Assembly: GCA_036503495.1 (NCBI GenBank)
Contig: DASXWV010000101.1
Location: 2,023 to 66,022 of the forward strand
Source: Gaiellaceae bacterium
Lineage (GTDB): Bacteria > Actinomycetota > Thermoleophilia > Gaiellales > Gaiellaceae
Length of the DNA: 64,000 nt
Direction of reading: 5' to 3'
In this document: positions 59,370-64,000 of the stretch, piece by piece
Numbering within the stretch: the stretch's first letter is position 1
Layout of the letters: the number at the start of each line of letters is the position of its first letter
The notes under the pieces: model-generated
The model's input: the letters and a program-made list of their open reading frames with translations, nothing else
What the model was told of the DNA's origin: nothing
Databases searched by the model: none
Program-made: the position numbers and the translations under genes

Positions 59370-60753
59370 CCATGAGGACGGCGACGAGGGCCGCCGCGAA
59401 GGCGATGCCCGCGCTCGTCGCGAGCGCGGCGTGCAGGCCGTCGACGAAGTCCTGCGCCGACTGCGCCCGCGACGCGTGCGGGACGACGTAGGAGGCGAGG
59501 ATCGCGCCCATCAGCGCGATCCCGAGCGAGCCGCCGACCTGCCGGAAGCTGTTGAGGACGCCCGAGCCGACACCGGCCTTGTCGATCGGCACCGACGCCA
59601 TCGCCGCCGAGGTCATCGGCGACATCGTCATCGCCATCCCGATGCCGCCGAGGACCATCTGCGGCAGCAGCCCCCAGTACGAGGTGTGTGTCCCGACGCG
59701 GAGGTAGAGGAGCGAGCTGATCCCGAGGAGCGTCATCCCCGCCCCCATCAGCCACCGCGAGCCGATCGAGTCGGAGAGGTGGCCGGCGATCGGCGCGATG
59801 ACGATGATCAGCAGCGTCATCGGCAGGAACGTCGCGCCCGCCTTCGTCGGCGAGTAGCCGAGGATGTTCTGCACGTAGAGCGAGACGTAGAAGAAGACGC
59901 CGAACATCCCGAGCGACACCATCATCGCGACCGTGTTCGCGCCCGCGAACGAGCCGATCCGGAACAGCGAGAGGTCGAGCATCGGCAGCCGCTGGTGGCG
60001 CTCGAGCAGCAGGAACGCGCCCAGCAGGACGGCGGACGCGACGAACAGGCCGATGATCTCGCCCGACGCCCAGCCGTGCCGGTTGCCCTCGATCAGCGCG
60101 TAGCAGAGCGCGAGCAGCCCGAGCCCGGACGTGATCAGCCCGGGGATGTCGATGCGCTGCTCGTGCGACGTGTCGCGCGACTCGCGGATCACCGCCTGGG
60201 AGACAAGGATCCCGGCGATCCCGACGGGGACGTTGACGAAGAAGATCCAGTTCCAGTTCAGGTTGTCGACGATCAGGCCGCCGAGCAGCGGCCCGATCGC
60301 GAGCGCCATCGCCGAGACGCCGGCCCAGATGCCGATCGCCCGGCCGCGCTCGCGCGGCTCGAACGTCGCGGTGATGATCGAGAGCGTCGCCGGGTTCATC
60401 AGCGCGGAGCCGATGCCCTGGACCGCCCGCATCCCGATCAGGAAGCCGGCGTTCGGTGCGAACCCGCACGCGAGCGACGCCGCGGTGAAGACGGCGAGGC
60501 CGACGATGAACATCTTGCGGCGCCCGTAATAGTCGCCGAGCTTGCCGCCGGTGATCAGGAGCGCCGCGAAGGTCAGCGCGTACGCGGTCACGACCCACTC
60601 GAGGTTGGCGATCGTCATGTGGAGATCGCGCTCGATCGACGGCAGCGCGACGTTCACGATCGTGTTGTCGAGCATGATCATGAACAGCCCGAACGACACG
60701 GCCGCCAGCGTCCACCACTTCTTGTTCTCCTCGGCGAAAATGCGAGCCTTCAT
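59314..60753 (-). CDS. MFS transporter, DHA2 (EmrB/QacA, 14-TM) family
   Basis: 479-aa protein from the ATG at 60753 (MKARIFAEENKKWWTLAAVSFGLFMIMLDNTIVNVALP). 'GKLGDYYGRRK'. The upstream 530 codons of the 1013-aa track ORF are shadow sequence. Confidence 0.9.
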   Translation of the reverse strand: MKARIFAEENKKWWTLAAVSFGLFMIMLDNTIVNVALPSIERDLHMTIANLEWVVTAYALTFAALLITGGKLGDYYGRRKMFIVGLAVFTAASLACGFAPNAGFLIGMRAVQGIGSALMNPATLSIITATFEPRERGRAIGIWAGVSAMALAIGPLLGGLIVDNLNWNWIFFVNVPVGIAGILVSQAVIRESRDTSHEQRIDIPGLITSGLGLLALCYALIEGNRHGWASGEIIGLFVASAVLLGAFLLLERHQRLPMLDLSLFRIGSFAGANTVAMMVSLGMFGVFFYVSLYVQNILGYSPTKAGATFLPMTLLIIVIAPIAGHLSDSIGSRWLMGAGMTLLGISSLLYLRVGTHTSYWGLLPQMVLGGIGMAMTMSPMTSAAMASVPIDKAGVGSGVLNSFRQVGGSLGIALMGAILASYVVPHASRAQSAQDFVDGLHAALATSAGIAFAAALVAVLMVKPSRRRERQLAAEQLAA

Positions 60754-60756
60754 CCC

Positions 60757-62628
60757 GTGACCGACTGTATCTGGCACCCCTCGGACGACCGCATCGGACG
60801 CGCGAACCTGACGCGGCTGCTGCGACGGCTCGGCGCGGCGGACTACCACGACCTGCACCGGGTGTCGGTCGAGGAGCCCGAGCGCTTCTGGCCCGAGGTC
60901 GTCGCCGACCTCGAGATCGACTTCTCGCAGCCGTGGGAGCGCGTGCTCGACGAGTCGCGCGGGCCGGAGCGCGCGCGGTGGTTCGTCGGCGGGCGGATCA
61001 ACGTCGCGCGGGCATGCGTGCATCGCTGGGCGGGCGGGGACGGCGAGGCGCTCGTCGGCCGCTACGAGGACGGTGCTCGCGAGTCGCTCTCCTGGGCCGA
61101 CGTGTCGCGGCAGGTGACGCAGCTCGCCGAGGCGCTCGTCGAGCTCGGCGTCGAGGCGGGCGACCGCGTCGCGATCTACATGCCGATGTGCCCCGCGGTC
61201 GCCGTCGCCGCGCACGCGTGCGCGCACGTCGGCGCCGTGCAGGTCCCCATCTTCTCCGGCTTCGCCGCGCCGGCGATCGCCGCGCGGCTCGAGGACTCGC
61301 AGGCGAAGGTCGTCGTGTGCGCCGACTGGTCGCTGCGCCGCGGCAAGCGCGTCGAGATGCGCGCAACCCTCGACGAGACGGGCGACCACGCAGTCGTCGA
61401 GTGGAACCGCGAGACGCGCTCGTGGCCGGAGCTCGTGACCCGGCAGCCGGGAACGCTGGCGCCCGTCGAGGTCGACAGCGAGGCGCCGTACCTGCTCGCG
61501 TACACCTCCGGCACGACCGGCCGACCGAAGGGCGCGCTGCACGTGCAGGGCAGCTTCCTCGTCTCGATCGCGCGCGAGGCCGCGTACCAGACAGACATCC
61601 ACCACGGCGACCGCGTGCACTTCGCGACCGACATGGGCTGGATCATGGGGCCGTGGACCGTGGTCGGCGCCGGCGCGTGCGGCGCGACCGTCGTGTTCGG
61701 GGAGGGCGCGCCCGACTGGCCCGACGACCGGCTCTGGGAGCTCGTCGAGTCGGAGCGCGTGACGATGCTCGGCCTCTCGCCGACGCTCGTCCGCGCACTG
61801 ATCCCGAAGGGCGACCCGCAGCACGACCGCTCGTCGCTGCAGGCGTTCTGCACGACGGGCGAGCCGTGGAACCCGGACCCGTACCGGTGGCTGTTCGAGA
61901 ACGTCGGCGAGTCGCGGGTGCCGATCGTGAACATCAGCGGCGGCACCGAGGTCGGTGCCTGCTTCCTCTCGACGTGCATCGTCGAGCCGGTCAAGCCCGT
62001 CGCACTCGGGTTCCCCGCGCTCGGAATGGACATGGACGTGGTCGATGCCGACGGCGCACCTGTACGCGGCGAGGTGGGCGAGCTGATCTGCCGGCGGCCG
62101 TGGCCCGGGATGACGCGCGGGCTCTGGAACGACCCGGACGGCGAGCGCTTCCTCGACGCGTACTGGCGCCGCTTCCCCGGCGTGTGGACGCACGGCGACT
62201 GGGCGTCGATCGACGACGACGGCTACTGGTTCCTGCACGGCCGCAGCGACGACACGCTGAACATCGCCGGCAAGCGGATCGGCCCGGCAGAGCTCGAGTC
62301 GGCGGCGATCGGCAGCGGCATCGTCGCCGAGGCCGCGGCGGTCGGCGTGCCGCACGACGTGAAGGGCGAGACAGCGTGGATCTTCTGCGTCGCCAAGCCC
62401 GGCGAGAGCGAGGACGAGGCGCGGGTCGCGACCGCGGTCACCGACGTCCTCGGCAAGGCGTTCAAGCCGGAGCGGATCCTCTGGGTCGACGCGCTGCCGA
62501 AGACGCGCTCGGCCAAGATCGTGCGCCGCGCCGTGCGCGCCAGCGTGCTCGGCAAGGATCCCGGCGACCTGTCGTCGCTCGAGAACCCCGAGGCGCTCGA
62601 CGCGATCCGCGCCGCGGTGGCGCCGTGA
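60757..62628 (+). CDS. AMP-forming acyl-CoA synthetase (acetyl-CoA-synthetase-like)
   Basis: 623-aa protein from the GTG at 60757 (VTDCIWHPSDDRI). AMP-binding motifs 'YTSGTTGRPKG', 'GEP', 'TGDWA/HGDWA', 'GRSDDTLNIAGKRIGPAELE' and 'PKTRSAKI.RR'. Confidence 0.85.
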   Translation: MTDCIWHPSDDRIGRANLTRLLRRLGAADYHDLHRVSVEEPERFWPEVVADLEIDFSQPWERVLDESRGPERARWFVGGRINVARACVHRWAGGDGEALVGRYEDGARESLSWADVSRQVTQLAEALVELGVEAGDRVAIYMPMCPAVAVAAHACAHVGAVQVPIFSGFAAPAIAARLEDSQAKVVVCADWSLRRGKRVEMRATLDETGDHAVVEWNRETRSWPELVTRQPGTLAPVEVDSEAPYLLAYTSGTTGRPKGALHVQGSFLVSIAREAAYQTDIHHGDRVHFATDMGWIMGPWTVVGAGACGATVVFGEGAPDWPDDRLWELVESERVTMLGLSPTLVRALIPKGDPQHDRSSLQAFCTTGEPWNPDPYRWLFENVGESRVPIVNISGGTEVGACFLSTCIVEPVKPVALGFPALGMDMDVVDADGAPVRGEVGELICRRPWPGMTRGLWNDPDGERFLDAYWRRFPGVWTHGDWASIDDDGYWFLHGRSDDTLNIAGKRIGPAELESAAIGSGIVAEAAAVGVPHDVKGETAWIFCVAKPGESEDEARVATAVTDVLGKAFKPERILWVDALPKTRSAKIVRRAVRASVLGKDPGDLSSLENPEALDAIRAAVAP

Positions 62629-63365
62629 AGCACGCGCTCGTCACCGGCGGCGGCCGCGGCATCGGCGCGAACATCGCGCGGGCGCTCGCACGCGACGGCT
62701 ACACGGTCACGGTCACCGGCCGCACCGAGTCCGAGGTGAACGCCGTCGCGACCGAGATCGGCGGCCGGGCGCTGATCGGCGACGTCACCCGGCGCGACGA
62801 CGTCGCGCGCTGGGCGGCCGGGGCCGGCGACGTCGACCTGCTGGTGTGCAACGCCGGGATCAGCGGCCCCGAGGGGCCGTTCCCCGACGCCGACGAGTGG
62901 TGGCGCACGTTCGAGGTCAACGTGCTCGGCGTCTTCCTCTGCTGCCACGCGTTCGGCCCACGCATGGTGGAACGCGGCGGCGGCCGGATCGTCAACGTCG
63001 CGAGCGGCGCGGCGTACCTGCCGGCGACGATCCGCAGCTCGAACGCATACGGCGCGTCGAAGGCGGCAGTCCACCGCTTCAGCGAGCTGCTCGCAACACA
63101 GCTTGCACCCGACAACGTCTTCGTCTTCTCGATCTCGCCGGGCCTCGTCCGCACGTCGATGACCGACCGCTACGGCGACGACTTGCCGTGGACGCCGCCC
63201 GAGTGCGCGCCGGAGCTCGTCGTCGCGCTCGCATCGGGCGAGCTCGACGCGCTCGCCGGCCGCTACCTCCACGCCGAGCACGACCCGCCGGCCGAGCTGC
63301 GCGCCCGCGTGCAGCAGATCCTCGACGAGGACCTGAACGCGATCAGGCTTCGCCGAGGGAGCTGA
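62625..63365 (+). CDS. SDR-family oxidoreductase
   Basis: GTGA overlap with the ligase gene. 'ALVTGGGRGIGANIA', 'NAGI', 'YGASKAA'. Confidence 0.85.
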   Translation: MKHALVTGGGRGIGANIARALARDGYTVTVTGRTESEVNAVATEIGGRALIGDVTRRDDVARWAAGAGDVDLLVCNAGISGPEGPFPDADEWWRTFEVNVLGVFLCCHAFGPRMVERGGGRIVNVASGAAYLPATIRSSNAYGASKAAVHRFSELLATQLAPDNVFVFSISPGLVRTSMTDRYGDDLPWTPPECAPELVVALASGELDALAGRYLHAEHDPPAELRARVQQILDEDLNAIRLRRGS

Positions 63366-64000
63366 GCAGCTCGCCGAGGTCGAACGGCGACGTCGGGACG
63401 TCGCCGAGCTCGTCGAGCGAGAACCAGCGCGCCTCCTCCGCCTCGCTGATCACGCGCGCCTCGAACGCCGGGACGCGCACGAGGTAGCTCCGGTTCGTCT
63501 GCCCGCCGTAGCCGGGCTCGCCGAGGAAGTAGCGCAGCCGCTCGAAGGCGAGCGGGCCGATCTCGAACTCGTCGAGGCCGAGCTCCTCCCGGAGCTCGCG
63601 GCGAAGCGCCTGCTCGTCCGTCTCCCCTGCCTCCGCGCCGCCGCCCGGTGTGATCCACCACGTGTCGTGCTCGCCGCCGTACCGAAGCAGCAGTACGCGG
63701 CCGTCGGGATCGAAGACGACAGCGCGCACGCCGCGGCGGATCGGCAACCCGCTGGCGCGGCCGGCGAGCTCCTGGAACCAGTGCAGCCGCACGCGCCACG
63801 GCACCGCCGCGTTCGCGGGCGAGGTCGACGGGAGAACGAAGAGCCGCGTGTCGCCGAGAGTCCGTTCCTGCACGCCGAGCTCCGGCCGCTCGTTGAAGAG
63901 GCCGCGGTACGCCTCCTTGCCGACGAACCCGATCCACGCCGGCCGGTACTCGCGCGCGATCGCCTCGATCCGCGACGCGTCGAAGTCGGCGCGGCGCAGG
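63343..64000 (-). CDS. Mug/TDG-type mismatch uracil-DNA glycosylase fused to a C-terminal NUDIX hydrolase (5' end outside the window)
   Basis: The frame stays open from 63873 up to the window edge (..FDASRIEAIAREYRPAWIGFVGKEAYRGLF..RLFVLPSTSPANA), which is Mug-like. It is followed by the NUDIX box 'GGGAEAGETDEQALRRELREELG'. The GTG that the track picked at 63873 is internal. Confidence 0.75.
   Translation of the reverse strand, partial: LRRADFDASRIEAIAREYRPAWIGFVGKEAYRGLFNERPELGVQERTLGDTRLFVLPSTSPANAAVPWRVRLHWFQELAGRASGLPIRRGVRAVVFDPDGRVLLLRYGGEHDTWWITPGGGAEAGETDEQALRRELREELGLDEFEIGPLAFERLRYFLGEPGYGGQTNRSYLVRVPAFEARVISEAEEARWFSLDELGDVPTSPFDLGELLSSLGEA

Noticed and set aside
1-64000. CRISPR arrays, rRNA genes, IS elements, transposases, integrases and phage genes.
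   Set aside because: I found no regularly spaced direct repeats, no 16S/23S/5S-like stretches, and no DDE, tyrosine-recombinase, serine-recombinase or capsid/terminase-like ORFs on reading both strands.

Overview
This is a very GC-rich window (roughly 70% judged by eye, not computed), densely packed with genes and with no mobile elements. The gene content looks like an Actinomycetota-type chromosome (KorAB, MarP-like CvpA-protease, PAC2, CtaA, PASTA protein), possibly a Thermoleophilia/Rubrobacteria-like lineage; that placement is inference only. I support about 74 protein-coding genes (two of them interrupted or decayed) and one tRNA-Asp(GUC). I found no rRNA, CRISPR array, transposase or integrase. 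Most long ORFs in the six-frame track are Arg/Ala/Pro-rich GC shadow frames. Real genes were picked by family motifs and often start at an internal ATG, GTG or TTG, commonly with 4-nt ATGA/GTGA/TTGA overlaps.

Main blocks:
- A cNMP-binding protein divergent from an MBL-hydrolase/histidine-kinase/OmpR operon.
- A bifunctional homocysteine methyltransferase/MTHFR gene behind a structured leader.
- A lower-GC islet after tRNA-Asp that ends at a decayed acyl-CoA synthetase remnant.
- An amino-acid ABC transporter.
- MarR-MFS and MerR-MFS pairs.
- A cluster of receiver-domain genes.
- korAB, alkA-like/proC/pgl, fadA-fadB, a large SF2 helicase, PAC2/CtaA, selD, UbiB, and an Acs-like ligase.

The most interesting signal is two paralogous XRE-HTH + TPR regulators (38319..39644 and 57312..58655). 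Each sits next to an untracked 32-36 aa ORF with a strong Shine-Dalgarno site, a signal-peptide-like hydrophobic core and a shared P[W/F]GP C-terminal tail. Each has GTCAAGTG-type motifs upstream, and one also has a consensus-promoter/terminator-bounded RNA of about 170 nt beside it. This architecture resembles RRNPP-type peptide quorum-sensing cassettes, which are best known from Bacillota.

Other items of note:
- A CCC_UGA frameshift junction joining two DUF1990-like ORFs.
- An in-frame amber codon in a multi-TM sensor kinase.
- A 120-bp inverted-repeat hairpin element.
- Candidate SAM and c-di-AMP riboswitch leaders.
- A Mug-NUDIX fusion at the right edge.
- Several divergent gene pairs with almost no intergenic space, or with overlapping starts.
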